DNA of 60,024 bases, counting the filler. It is 4 parts of 4 records of this genome, joined end to end, with 100 filler letters (N's around TTAATTAATTAA, not from the genome) between each part and the next. Parts side by side here need not be neighbours in the genome. Positions count along the whole stretch, not along the records: positions 20,420 to 39,122 come from DRR723986_17662; positions 39,223 to 51,486 come from DRR723986_17681; 2 more parts are not named here. The stretch is one strand, 5' to 3'. Positions within the stretch are counted from its first letter, which is position 1; each line of letters begins with the position of its first letter. Both the position numbers and the translations under genes were made by a program. Of the stretch, positions 29,502 to 39,371 are shown one piece after another. The notes beneath the pieces are model-generated. The model worked only from the letters and a program-made list of their open reading frames with translations, did not search any database and was not told the origin of the DNA.

Positions 29502-31181
29502 TCAGATGTCCCAGACCTGGCAGAGGATTTCGACCAGCATCTCGGTCCGCTTGCGCACCACGTCCGCCGTCCAGGCATCCTGCTCCTGCAGGTCGCGGGT
29601 GAGAGCGAAGTCCATGCCGCCGCCGCCATTGAAGTAGACTTCCTTCTTCGCGCGATAGTCCTGCCGGTCGGCCTTCTGGTTCACCTTGTGGGTCAGCAGT
29701 ACGAAATTGCCGAGCGTATCACATTGCTCTCGTCGCTTGGCGGGATCTGGCCAGACGGTCAGCCAGTGGCTGTCCTCATGGATGTTGCGCGGCAGCACGT
29801 GCTCCACGGTGGCGTCGGATTCCGGCGGGATGGTCACGCCGTTTTCGAGCGCCGCATTCAGCCGCAGCGCCATGGCGCGCCGTTGAGCGAATGTCGCAAA
29901 CCGGCCCAGCATCCGCTCACGGGCCTTTTTTGCGTCGGACCGGTCCACCGACAGGGGGCCATTCTTCGCGAACAGCACCCGGTCATTGTTGATGGCGTCC
30001 ATCACCCTGTTAAAGCGCTTGTTCCTTTGATCGCGGTCGGTGATCACCAGCATGATCACAAAGGACAAGCGTTCCAGCCGGGTGAAGAATTCAGGTGCCT
30101 GCGGGTCGTCGACCCCGCGTTCGACCAGGAATTTCAGCGCCGGTGCCCGCCAGCTGCTCTGGTCGAGCGCCCGCATCTGGTTCAGCTTGTCACTGATGAT
30201 CTTCGCGTTCGTCCCGTCCTGCACTTCGCCGGTCGTGATCAGCCGGTAGGCGTCGACATAGCGCGGCAGGACTTCTTCCAGGAAGGTGCGCGGATCGACC
30301 TTGGACAGGACCGCCTTCGGGAAGGCCGAGATCAGTTCCCCGCGGCCCGATTTGTCATAGATGGAGCGGATCTGGCGCAGCAGGTCGTCAAAGGCCGAGC
30401 CGCCAAGCGCGGCTTCATGTTCCGACCAGCGCTCGGCATAGGAGCTGGCTTCCTTGTCGGTGAAGCGGGCGCGCTGGAACAGTTCGGTCTTGATGATGTC
30501 GTGCGCGTCCGGCTCCTTGCCGCGCGTGTTGAGCACGCGAAACACTTTGAAACCCTGTTCTTTCTCGCCCACGACAACCCGCACCAATGCGCACCGGTTC
30601 ATCACGACATCGGCCAGGGCGCGCCGGTCTTCGTCGCTCATTGTGCTCAGGCGTTTCATGAACGCAGCAGCGTTGCGCACCATGCGCTGCTGGCTTTCGC
30701 TTTCGCCCGGTTCCTTGTCCAGATTCCGCGTCGCGCCCGGCGTCTGGATGGCATCGCGGAAAAATGGCCCATCCATATGGTTCAGCGTCAGCCGCCAGTT
30801 GGCGCCTTCGCCCAGCATCGGGCGTGCATCGTCGGCGATCAGCGCATGCAGCATCGCCGCGCGGGCCTTGTCCGGTTCCAGATCCCGCAGCACGGCGAGC
30901 AGGATAGTCAGCGTCGTCAGTCTCTGCTGGCCGTCGACAATCTCCAGCACGCCATTTTCAGCGCCATTGATCAGGACGATTGCGCCGACGAAGTGCGGCG
31001 TACCGGTTTCCACCGAATCGATGAGGTCGCCCAGCAACTCGTTTGCCTCGCGCGCTTCCCAGGAATAGCTGCGCTGGTAGGGGGGCATCTGGAGCTGCTC
31101 ACCCGGCGCGAAAATCGCCCTGACAGAGCTTTCCTGCGCCCGGACGCCGAGGTCGATATTCTGATCCATGCCGTTGTCCAT
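29502..31181 (-). CDS. GmrSD-like DUF262 + DUF1524 (HNH) protein, candidate modification-dependent nuclease
   Basis: PPYQRSYSW, IVDGQQRLTT, FRVLNTRG (DUF262); VEHVLP...LGNFVLL...N (DUF1524). Confidence 0.88.
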   Translation of the reverse strand: MDNGMDQNIDLGVRAQESSVRAIFAPGEQLQMPPYQRSYSWEAREANELLGDLIDSVETGTPHFVGAIVLINGAENGVLEIVDGQQRLTTLTILLAVLRDLEPDKARAAMLHALIADDARPMLGEGANWRLTLNHMDGPFFRDAIQTPGATRNLDKEPGESESQQRMVRNAAAFMKRLSTMSDEDRRALADVVMNRCALVRVVVGEKEQGFKVFRVLNTRGKEPDAHDIIKTELFQRARFTDKEASSYAERWSEHEAALGGSAFDDLLRQIRSIYDKSGRGELISAFPKAVLSKVDPRTFLEEVLPRYVDAYRLITTGEVQDGTNAKIISDKLNQMRALDQSSWRAPALKFLVERGVDDPQAPEFFTRLERLSFVIMLVITDRDQRNKRFNRVMDAINNDRVLFAKNGPLSVDRSDAKKARERMLGRFATFAQRRAMALRLNAALENGVTIPPESDATVEHVLPRNIHEDSHWLTVWPDPAKRREQCDTLGNFVLLTHKVNQKADRQDYRAKKEVYFNGGGGMDFALTRDLQEQDAWTADVVRKRTEMLVEILCQVWDI

Positions 31182-31292
31182 TCTGGAGTCCCCGTGTCTG
31201 TCTTCTGACTAGCTCTTGCCAACCCACGCCACAACGCGAGATGAACCGCGTGAGGTGTGTTTCTGGCTGAAGTGTGACGAGAGGGTAACGAT

Positions 31293-32126
31293 ATGCATTT
31301 GATCAGGTTTCGCCATCAGAGTTCCATCAGATATGGAATACTTTCCGCCCAATCTGTAACCCCCATTCGGGGGACAGACCTGGAAGACGCCCTCAAGGGC
31401 GAGCCGGACGGGGGCCCCATTCCCCTGTCGGAAATCGAAATCCTGTCACCGGTTGCGCGGCCCGGAAAAATTCTTGGCATCGGCGTGAACTATGCGGCCC
31501 ACGCCGCAGAGAGCGTCAGCTTCGTCGATACGAAAAAGCCGGAAATCCAGAAATGGTTCAACAAGCAGGCGACCGCGATTAATGATCCGTATGCAGATGT
31601 ACATTTTCCGAAAGTGTCGGAACAGCTTGATTATGAAGGCGAACTGGTCGTCGTGATCGGCAAGCAGGGGCGCCACGTACCACGCGAGCGGGCCTTTGAA
31701 ATCGTTGCGGGCGTGACGATTGGGTGTGACTATTCGGTGCGCGACTGGCAGCGGGCCAGCCAGACCATGATCATGGGCAAGGGATTCGATACGCACGCCC
31801 CGGTCGGTCCGGCCATCGTTACACTGGATGAGATCGACGACCTCTCTGCCCTTGAGGTGCGGACATTCGTGAATGGCGAGCAACGCCAGTCCGGCCATGT
31901 CCGCGACATGGTTCATGACATTCCCGCCCAGATTGCGCACCTGACGGCTGCTTTCACGCTGGAGCCAGGCGACCTGATCTTCACGGGCACGCCGGCCGGC
32001 GTTGGCGCGGGCTTTGATCCACCCAAATGGCTGAAGGCCGGAGATCGGGTGCGGGTCGAGATCGATCAGCTGGGTTACATCGAGCAACAAATCGTGACAG
32101 AGCCGGGAACCACAGTGATCGGCTGA
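31293..32126 (+). CDS. Fumarylacetoacetate hydrolase family protein
   Basis: GVNYAAH, DYEGEL, GKGFDT and GDLIFTGTPAGVG. Confidence 0.92.
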   Translation: MHLIRFRHQSSIRYGILSAQSVTPIRGTDLEDALKGEPDGGPIPLSEIEILSPVARPGKILGIGVNYAAHAAESVSFVDTKKPEIQKWFNKQATAINDPYADVHFPKVSEQLDYEGELVVVIGKQGRHVPRERAFEIVAGVTIGCDYSVRDWQRASQTMIMGKGFDTHAPVGPAIVTLDEIDDLSALEVRTFVNGEQRQSGHVRDMVHDIPAQIAHLTAAFTLEPGDLIFTGTPAGVGAGFDPPKWLKAGDRVRVEIDQLGYIEQQIVTEPGTTVIG

Positions 32127-32142
32127 TCCGGGAGGTTTTGCC

Positions 32143-32877
32143 GTGCCGCGCGCCAGCGTTCTCGTCATTCTTGTCTCTATGTTTCTGGCGGCGTGCAGCG
32201 GCGGGCAGGGCGCAGACATTGCGGTTTCGCCCGATGATGTCCGGAGCGCCGACTTCGCCCTGCTGCCTTGTGCGGCTTCTTCGGAAGCAGCGCCCTGCCT
32301 GCTGGTTGTTGCCGGCGGCAAGCGGGTTCTGTTCGGCACGCCGTCGGGCCTTCGCAAAGCGATGGACGGCAAAACGCTGGCGAGCCTCGACGCCGTGCTT
32401 TTGTTTTCACTGCAGGCGGCAGATCTCGAGGGGCTGGACGAAGTGCGCAATGCGGGCTGGACGGCCGGACGGGAAACGCCGCTCGCCGTGGGTGGCCCCT
32501 CCGGATTGCGGGATGTCGTGGCCGCCCTGAACAAGGCCTATGAATTGTCGGATGCCCAAATCTTTGTCGAAGCATCGCCAAAGGGCGGGTTTGGCGCGGC
32601 GCTGCTGGGCGTGCTCCCCGGTGAAGGCGATGCGAAAACAGAAGTCTTCAATACCGGGGACCTGGTCGTCACCAAGCTTGAAGCCGCTGACGGACGGGCT
32701 GGTTATTGGGTGGACTATGGCGGCCAGCGCGCCGTCCTGCAGCCTTGCAGCATGGACCTCGCCACGAGATTCAATGAAATCGATGCCTTCACGCTGGCTT
32801 GCGGCGAGGAGGCTGCAAACACGTGGCCGCTTCAGAACGCCAAGTATCTCATTCAGGGCGCCAGCGCAGAGCCTTGA
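32143..32877 (+). CDS. Lipoprotein with a degenerate metallo-beta-lactamase (RNase Z/AtsA-like) fold
   Basis: Lipobox LAAC; PCLLVVAGGKRVLF and PLAVGGPSG resemble MBL segments, but FSLQAAD occupies the expected THxHxDH position. Confidence 0.55.
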   Translation: MPRASVLVILVSMFLAACSGGQGADIAVSPDDVRSADFALLPCAASSEAAPCLLVVAGGKRVLFGTPSGLRKAMDGKTLASLDAVLLFSLQAADLEGLDEVRNAGWTAGRETPLAVGGPSGLRDVVAALNKAYELSDAQIFVEASPKGGFGAALLGVLPGEGDAKTEVFNTGDLVVTKLEAADGRAGYWVDYGGQRAVLQPCSMDLATRFNEIDAFTLACGEEAANTWPLQNAKYLIQGASAEP

Positions 32878-33233
32878 TCGCAGCCTGAAGCAGCCATGAT
32901 CGCACTCTGAATCTGATCGTGTGCGGAAGCCAGATAAAGGACCGGGGCGCACATTTCTGCGCGCCCCGTGTCTCCCCCGAGACTGCCCCCGCTCCGGCCA
33001 ATAAGATGGCCGCGGACCGGTGGTGCCGGGTCTCTGTATCCTCGCTATCGGTCAGGCAGGGTCCTGTCCAGTTACGGATTGTATCCGTTTATGACAGCGC
33101 CAGCGCATGTGACCTCTCCGCAACAATGTGAGGCGGGATTGCCGGACCACCCAAATTGCGCCACATCCAAGCAATTCGTTAACTTATGGACCATATCTGT
33201 TAAGATTGACGAATTGTTTCGGGTGCTGAGCTG

Positions 33234-34463
33234 ATGACATTTTTCTTGTTCCTGCTGTACATCGCAGCCGGCGGCGCGGCTGGATACGCCAGCACGACCA
33301 TGCTGCAGCTGGGCCTGCCATTGTCGGTGGGCGCAGGCGTCCTGACGACAGCAGTGCTTAGCCAGATTCATGTCCTTGTCTCCAATGGCAGTTCGAAGCG
33401 CGAGATCGATGCCCGCATGCAGGCGATCGAGAAAGAGAATCGCGAGTCCGAACGCCGGATGGATGTCATCGAGGCGCGTACCGATGTGGTGGAGGAAACC
33501 GTCAAGCACGAGCTGACCGAACGGCGCGATGCGCTGGTTTCCGAAATGAAGCAGCTGGAAAGCCTGATCGACCGCCTGTCGCACAGCTTCGAGAGCCGGC
33601 TGGCCGAAACGTCGACCAACAAGATCGTCGCCCCACAGGAAGATGCGATTCTCCGCGATGTGCGCGATGCCCTCAAGGATGGCCGTGTCGACCTGCACCT
33701 TCAGCCTATCGTTTCGCTGCCCCAGCGCCGCGTCTCCTTCTATGAAGGCTTCACCCGCCTGCGTCGTCCGGATGGCTCGCTGATCCTGCCGGCGGAGTTC
33801 CTGGATGCCGGCCGCCGGGCGAACCTGATGGGGCAGATCGATAATTTCACCCTGTTCCGCTGCGTGCAGATCGTGCGCCGCCTGGCAGAGCGTGACCGCC
33901 GCGTCGGCGTCTTCTGCAACATTGCGGCAAGCTCGCTCGAAGATTCGACCTTCTTTCCGATGTTCCTTGAATTCATGACAGAAAACCGGGATCTCTCCGG
34001 CGCCGTCATCTTCGAGATCCGGGCTGACCGGTTCGAGACCCGTTCGCGCACGATGCGGGACAATATGGATAAGCTGACCGAGCTTGGCTTCCGCTTCTCC
34101 ATCGATCACGCGCCGGACCTCGGCCTCGACCTGCCGCGGCTCCAGTCTGCCGGTGTGCGATTCGTGAAAATGAACGGCGCCGCCCTGATCGACCAGCTGC
34201 GCGATCCGGCGGGCCCGCGCCCGGTTTCCTCGATCAATCGCCGTGTCGATGGCGAAGAAGTCTCCGCCGTGTTCTCCCGCTATGGCATCACCATGGTGGC
34301 CGAGAAGATGGAAGACGAGGCAAGCGTCGTCGAGATCCTCGAATACGAGATCCCCTACGGCCAGGGCCATGTCTTCGGCGCGCCGCGCCCGATCAAGGCC
34401 TCGCTGATGGAAGAGACCGCCCCGCCGCGGGAAATGGTCCAGCGCCTCACCAATTTCGGCTGA
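33234..34463 (+). CDS. Membrane-anchored coiled-coil EAL-domain protein, TipF-like
   Basis: Two N-terminal TM segments, coiled coil, LQPIV...YEGFTRL, FSIDH (degenerate DDFG loop), GQGHVFG. Confidence 0.75.
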   Translation: MTFFLFLLYIAAGGAAGYASTTMLQLGLPLSVGAGVLTTAVLSQIHVLVSNGSSKREIDARMQAIEKENRESERRMDVIEARTDVVEETVKHELTERRDALVSEMKQLESLIDRLSHSFESRLAETSTNKIVAPQEDAILRDVRDALKDGRVDLHLQPIVSLPQRRVSFYEGFTRLRRPDGSLILPAEFLDAGRRANLMGQIDNFTLFRCVQIVRRLAERDRRVGVFCNIAASSLEDSTFFPMFLEFMTENRDLSGAVIFEIRADRFETRSRTMRDNMDKLTELGFRFSIDHAPDLGLDLPRLQSAGVRFVKMNGAALIDQLRDPAGPRPVSSINRRVDGEEVSAVFSRYGITMVAEKMEDEASVVEILEYEIPYGQGHVFGAPRPIKASLMEETAPPREMVQRLTNFG

Positions 34464-34547
34464 GCCTCTTTTTCCGGAAGGCCGCTACCCTCAAATCGCC
34501 CCAATCCCGGTATTCCCTGTCCTCCGTATCGAAGCGGAGGATTGTCC

Positions 34548-35033
34548 ATGCGCGCATTCATTCTGGCGCTGGTTCTCTGGCCTGCCGGGACGGTTCTGGC
34601 CGATGTCCAGCAGGTCGTCGCCACGCTCCCGGGAGACACCGAATTCGAGGCACCGGGGGCGCTTCAGGACATGGCCGAGGGCCCGGTCTGGCTGGATCTC
34701 ACCGTGGCGCCGCCGCTTGATCCGTCGGTGCAGCTCGAAGACGGCTCATGGTCCGGCCTAGTCTGCGATAGTCATGGCGAAGTCAGAGCGAGGTCGGTCT
34801 CAGTCCCCACAGGGTCGAACCATTTGCTGCTCGATATCCGCCCCGGATCACCCGACCGGCACGCGGCCAACATGGTCTCCTGCAACTACGCCCCGCAGTA
34901 TTCAGACGAGACCAGCCTTGGCCATGTGATCCGTATTAAGGGCTGCTATTTCGCCAATTCGGTCTCCATTCCGACCGCCATTCAATGGATCCTGAACCCG
35001 CTGCCGGCCAGCGGCTGCAACGCCGGCAATTGA
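34548..35033 (+). CDS. Secreted hypothetical protein (4 Cys)
   Basis: GGAGG RBS and signal peptide MRAFILALVLWPAGTVLA. Confidence 0.6.
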   Translation: MRAFILALVLWPAGTVLADVQQVVATLPGDTEFEAPGALQDMAEGPVWLDLTVAPPLDPSVQLEDGSWSGLVCDSHGEVRARSVSVPTGSNHLLLDIRPGSPDRHAANMVSCNYAPQYSDETSLGHVIRIKGCYFANSVSIPTAIQWILNPLPASGCNAGN

Positions 35034-35065
35034 CCGCAGCGCCTCTGCAGCCTACCTCGCCGCGC

Positions 35066-35929
35066 ATGACCACACCACAATTCCCGCAAGGGCTCTCCGA
35101 AATCGCCAGCCGCTACGACACGATCCTGTGTGACGTCTGGGGCGTGATCCACAATGGCCGCAGCGCATTCACCGATGCCTGCAATGCGCTGGTCCGCTTC
35201 CGCCAAGGCGGCGGCCATGTCTGCCTGATCACCAATGCGCCTGTGCCGAAGGCGCAGGTGACGCGCTACTTCAAGCCACTGGGCGTGCCCGATGCGGCCT
35301 TCGACGATTGCGTCTCCTCTGGCGATGCGACGCGCGCGGAGTTGGCCCGGTTCCAAGGCCAGACCATCTGGCGCCTCGGCGCAGATGAGGGCTGGGAGCA
35401 TGACCGCCACCTCTATGAAGGGCTGGATCTGAACTTCGCAGATGCCGACGAGGCGGACATGCTGCTTTGCATCGGCCTGCGAGACCATGTCGGCGAACAT
35501 CCCGAAGACTACCGCGAGGAGCTGTCCCAGGGCGTGAAGCGCGATATTCCCATGATCTGCGCCAATCCGGACAAGCAGGTGCGTGTGGGCGGCCAGCTCT
35601 ACTGGTGCGCCGGGGCGCTGGCGGATGTGTACGAGGATCTTGGCGGCAAGGTCATCTATTCCGGCAAGCCCCATCCGCCGATCTACCACCTCGCCATCGA
35701 GCGGGTTGAAGCCCTGACAGGCGGCCAGCCGGTCGACCGGTCGCGCATCCTCTGCATCGGCGACAGCCCCGGAACCGACGTGCGCGGCGCCGGCGTGCAG
35801 GGCTTCGACAGCCTTTATGTCGGCACTGGCCTCAAGGAGCATGGCGAGGATTTCGAAGAGGAAGTCGTCGAACTGCTGACGGCTTACGGAGAGCAGGCGA
35901 CCTGGGCCATGACGGGCTTAAGGTGGTGA
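35066..35929 (+). CDS. HAD-IIA hydrolase (TIGR01459-like)
   Basis: CDVWGVIHNG, CANPD, GKPHPPIY and IGDSPGTD. Confidence 0.9.
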   Translation: MTTPQFPQGLSEIASRYDTILCDVWGVIHNGRSAFTDACNALVRFRQGGGHVCLITNAPVPKAQVTRYFKPLGVPDAAFDDCVSSGDATRAELARFQGQTIWRLGADEGWEHDRHLYEGLDLNFADADEADMLLCIGLRDHVGEHPEDYREELSQGVKRDIPMICANPDKQVRVGGQLYWCAGALADVYEDLGGKVIYSGKPHPPIYHLAIERVEALTGGQPVDRSRILCIGDSPGTDVRGAGVQGFDSLYVGTGLKEHGEDFEEEVVELLTAYGEQATWAMTGLRW

Positions 35930-35985
35930 CGTCCCGCTTTTAGGCGTGTAACGAAGCCCGTCGAAAGAATCGGAGCATCCCCGGA

Positions 35986-36417
35986 ATGACTGAATTTACC
36001 GGCTTCAAATACGAAGACCTCGAAATCGGGCAGTCGCACGAAACCGTGCACACGATCACTGCTGATGACATCCAGCGCTTTGCGGAAGTTTCGGGCGATT
36101 TCAACCCGTTGCACATGTCCGACGAATACGCCGCCACGACCATGTTTGAAAGGCGCATCGCTCATGGCGCGCTGACGGCAAGCTACATTTCCGGCATTCT
36201 CGGCAACAATCTGCCAGGCCCGGGCGCTGTTTTCGTGGGACTCAACATGCGGTTCCGCCGCCCGGTCTATATCGGGGATACGGTCACGGCTCGCGCAACG
36301 GTCGCCGAGAAGATCGACCGAGGCAACCGCATCGTCCTCAAGATCGAGTGCATTGTGGACGGCAAGCGCGTCATCGCTGGCGATGCCGAAGTGGTTGCGC
36401 CGAGCCGGGAGGCCTGA
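35986..36417 (+). CDS. MaoC-family (R)-enoyl-CoA hydratase
   Basis: SGDFNPLH...IAHG and LPGPG. Confidence 0.9.
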   Translation: MTEFTGFKYEDLEIGQSHETVHTITADDIQRFAEVSGDFNPLHMSDEYAATTMFERRIAHGALTASYISGILGNNLPGPGAVFVGLNMRFRRPVYIGDTVTARATVAEKIDRGNRIVLKIECIVDGKRVIAGDAEVVAPSREA

Positions 36418-37341
36418 TTGGCCATTTATGCCGACTACCGGGGACTGCCCGCCAGCGCGCGGGGAGCCTCGGTTGCGCTCGGCAATTTTGACGGTCTCCA
36501 CGCCGGCCACAAGGCAGTGATGCAAGCGGCGCAGCAGGCGGGTGGCGGCAAGTTTGCCGTCGCGACCTTCGAGCCGCCACCCCGCGCCTATTTCCGTCCC
36601 AGCGATCCGCCCTTCCGTATCTTCCGGCCCGAGCGGCGCAATAACGCCATTCTGGCTGCCGGGGCTGACCTCGTGTTCGAGCTGCCGTTCAATGGCGAAA
36701 TGGCCTCCATGACGGATGAGGGCTTCGTTCGGGATGTCCTGGTCGACGGGCTTGGAGTCAGCCATGTTGCGGTCGGGTTCGATTTCCGCTTCGGGCGTGG
36801 CCGGATGGGCCACGCCCAGCGGCTGGCAAGCCTTGGCCGGGCGCTCGGCTTTGGCGTGACGATCGTTGACGAAGTGATCGAGCTGGAAGGCAAGGCCTCG
36901 TCCACTGCCATCCGTCAGGCCCTGCATGCGGGCGAGCCTGAAGTGGCGGCCGAACTGCTTGGCACATGGTGGATTGCCGATGGCGTGGTCGAAAGCGGTG
37001 AAAAGAACGGCCGCACGCTGGGCTTCCCGACCGCGAACCTGCATCTCGGCGAACTGATCCATCCGCGCCACGGTATTTATGCTGTGCGGGCGCGGGTCGA
37101 CCGGCAGGGCGAGTGGCTGGATGGCGTCGCCAATTTCGGTCGCACGCCCACGACAGGCATCCGCGATCCACTGCTGGAAACGCATATTTTCGATTTCGAC
37201 GGCGATCTCTACGGCAAGTGGCTGGAGGTCCAGATGGTGTCCTTCATCCGGCCCGAGCTGAAATTCGACAGTCTGGACGCTCTGGTTGAAGCCATGCACG
37301 CAGACGCTGCAGAAGCGCGCAAACGGCTCGCGAATCTGTAG
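36418..37341 (+). CDS. ribF: Bifunctional riboflavin kinase / FAD synthetase
   Basis: GNFDGLHAGH, GFPTAN and ETHIFDF. Confidence 0.96.
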   Translation: MAIYADYRGLPASARGASVALGNFDGLHAGHKAVMQAAQQAGGGKFAVATFEPPPRAYFRPSDPPFRIFRPERRNNAILAAGADLVFELPFNGEMASMTDEGFVRDVLVDGLGVSHVAVGFDFRFGRGRMGHAQRLASLGRALGFGVTIVDEVIELEGKASSTAIRQALHAGEPEVAAELLGTWWIADGVVESGEKNGRTLGFPTANLHLGELIHPRHGIYAVRARVDRQGEWLDGVANFGRTPTTGIRDPLLETHIFDFDGDLYGKWLEVQMVSFIRPELKFDSLDALVEAMHADAAEARKRLANL

Positions 37342-37426
37342 ATTTTGTTAGAATTCCCTCTTTTCATGCCTCCCGGCGCCCGTCATGCTGGCGCCAGACT
37401 GGGGACATCAAGAGAGGGAGTTTCCC

Positions 37427-37987
37427 ATGCGTACTTTCCTTGCCGCTGCAGCTTTGGCCGCTGCCGTATCCATGACCGCTTCGGCGGAAGACTTCAGCGC
37501 GGACACGTCACTTGCGGATGACGACCGCGTTGTTCGCAGCGTGAGTCTTGAAGACCTGAAAGCCATTGCGGTTTCCGAGGGTCACACGATCACGGAAGTC
37601 GGCGGCGAGGGCGACGTCTCCGTCCGCGCAACCACGCCGGATGGACTGATCTTTCATCTGATCGGGACAGCGTGCAATTCCGAGTATTCCGACCACTGCC
37701 TCGGCATGATGGTCCAGGTCCGCTATGACGACGATGACGAAGTCACGGATGCGGCGATCAACAATGCCAACCTGTCCTATGCCGCCGTATCAACCTGGTG
37801 GGACAAGGACGGTGATACGGTTGGCGTCACGCGCTACCTCATCCTCGATGGCGGCCAGCGCATGGAAAACCTGAAGATCAACCTTCAGAACGCCCTCGCG
37901 CTCGGCCCGCTCGTCGCCGATGTCATCTGGCCCAGCGACGACGAAGACTTGTACGACTGGCTCTACGACGACGAAGACGACGAGTAA
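37427..37987 (+). CDS. Secreted YbjN-like protein with an acidic tail
   Basis: Signal peptide, Cys pair and TRYLILDGG motif; tail DDEDLYDWLYDDEDDE. Confidence 0.65.
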   Translation: MRTFLAAAALAAAVSMTASAEDFSADTSLADDDRVVRSVSLEDLKAIAVSEGHTITEVGGEGDVSVRATTPDGLIFHLIGTACNSEYSDHCLGMMVQVRYDDDDEVTDAAINNANLSYAAVSTWWDKDGDTVGVTRYLILDGGQRMENLKINLQNALALGPLVADVIWPSDDEDLYDWLYDDEDDE

Positions 37988-38073
37988 TCTGCCCCGGCAC
38001 TGCCACATTGCTGACATCGAACGTTGGCAATAACATCCCTAGGTGGGGGCATGTGGCAGTCTGAGGGTGAAGT

Positions 38074-38613
38074 TTGCGCAAGGCATTTGCAGCAGCTGTA
38101 GTGATGGCGCTGGGAAGCGGCGGTGCGCTGGCGCAAGTACCGGAAGATCCGCTGCGTCTGACTCGTGCGCCCGACGTCATGATCAGCAATGTCCAGCTGG
38201 ACGATCTTCGCCTGATCGTTGACGAAATGGGCGGCACATTTCTCGCCGCAGGCCAAAACGACTCCGGGTCGCCCTTTGTGTTTGCCCGTCTGCCGGATGG
38301 CTTGACGCTGGGCATCTATACCGTTTGTGCCGACGAAGCCGCCTCCGATTGCCGGGGCGTCGAATTCATGGCGGCATTCGGGTCTGTCCTGTCCTATGAG
38401 CAAGTGACGGAGATCGACCGGGCTTTCAGTGCTGTCTCTGTCTACAAGGCCGACGCGGATACGGTGAACATATCGCGTTATGTGATCCTCGACCGCGGCA
38501 TTACCTGGGGCAATCTGATCGAGAATGCCGCTGTTTTCGATGCGCTCTGCTCGAAAGTGGCCGAGCGTCTCGCCTACGGTCCGCCCCAGTCAACGGCTTC
38601 GGCACCCCGCTGA
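38074..38613 (+). CDS. Secreted YbjN-like protein (paralog)
   Basis: Signal peptide, Cys pair (VCADEAASDC) and SRYVILDRGIT motif. Confidence 0.65.
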   Translation: MRKAFAAAVVMALGSGGALAQVPEDPLRLTRAPDVMISNVQLDDLRLIVDEMGGTFLAAGQNDSGSPFVFARLPDGLTLGIYTVCADEAASDCRGVEFMAAFGSVLSYEQVTEIDRAFSAVSVYKADADTVNISRYVILDRGITWGNLIENAAVFDALCSKVAERLAYGPPQSTASAPR

Positions 38614-38792
38614 GGCATCGCCCTAGTGACAGGTTAACCTCTGCCTGTTAAGGCGCTTGCCGATGGAACGGATATTCACAATTCGAATTAGCCGCCCGGC
38701 TGCGCGCTGACCCCACCGAAGGGTCTGGGCCAGGCCGGGATTTGCTTTTCTGAGCCTCAAACCTCTCCCAATCCGTTCACCACTGAAGATCC

Positions 38793-39122
38793 ATGACCGA
38801 TTCCCTGACCGACCGAGACTATCGCGACACCCTGTTCCTGCCCGCGACCGAATTCCCCATGCGTGGCGGCCTGCCCAAGCGTGAGCCTGACTGGATCAAG
38901 CGCTGGGATGACCTGAAGCTGTACGAGCGCCTGCGTGCCGATGCAAAGGAACGGGGCGCCAAGCCGTGGATCCTCCACGATGGCCCTCCTTATGCGAACG
39001 GGCACATCCACCTCGGCACGGCGATGAACAAGATCGTCAAGGACATCATCGTCCGCTCCCACCAGATGGCGGGCTTCGATGCGGCCTACCTGCCGGGCTG
39101 GGACTGCCACGGCCTGCCGATC
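38793..39122 (+). CDS. ileS: Isoleucine--tRNA ligase (5' fragment)
   Basis: [22 protein letters not shown] and GWDCHGLPI. Confidence 0.97.
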
Positions 39123-39222
39123 NNNNNNNNNNNNNNNNNNNNNNNNNNNNNNNNNNNNNNNNNNNNTTAATTAATTAANNNNNNNNNNNNNNNNNNNNNN
39201 NNNNNNNNNNNNNNNNNNNNNN
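39123..39222. other. Artificial contig linker
   Basis: N-TTAATTAATTAA-N. Confidence 0.98.
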
Positions 39223-39252
39223 CTGAGGAAGCGCGAAGCGCTGTCTCGAAGG
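39223..39252. repeat. Partial alphaproteobacterial REP-like palindromic element
   Basis: CTGAGGAAGCGCGAAGCGCTGTCTCGAAGG at the contig edge fits the CTGAGG...GAAG...TCTCGAAGG pattern. Confidence 0.55.
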
Positions 39253-39320
39253 TTGGGCCGCTTGCTCAATTCTCTGTGTTCTGAAGGAATACGGTGACTA
39301 CCGGTGTGATCAGCCCAAAC

Positions 39321-39345
39321 AAAAACCCCGCCGAAGCGGGGTCTT
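39321..39345 (-). terminator. Intrinsic terminator after the response regulator
   Basis: ACCCCGC-CGAA-GCGGGGT stem with a T-tract on the minus strand. Confidence 0.8.
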
Positions 39346-39371
39346 GGGTTTCGGAATTGCGGCGGCAGGCC

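Noticed and set aside
33175-33205. CtrA box upstream of the tipF-like gene
   Set aside because: The two TTAA half-sites are not 7 nt apart.
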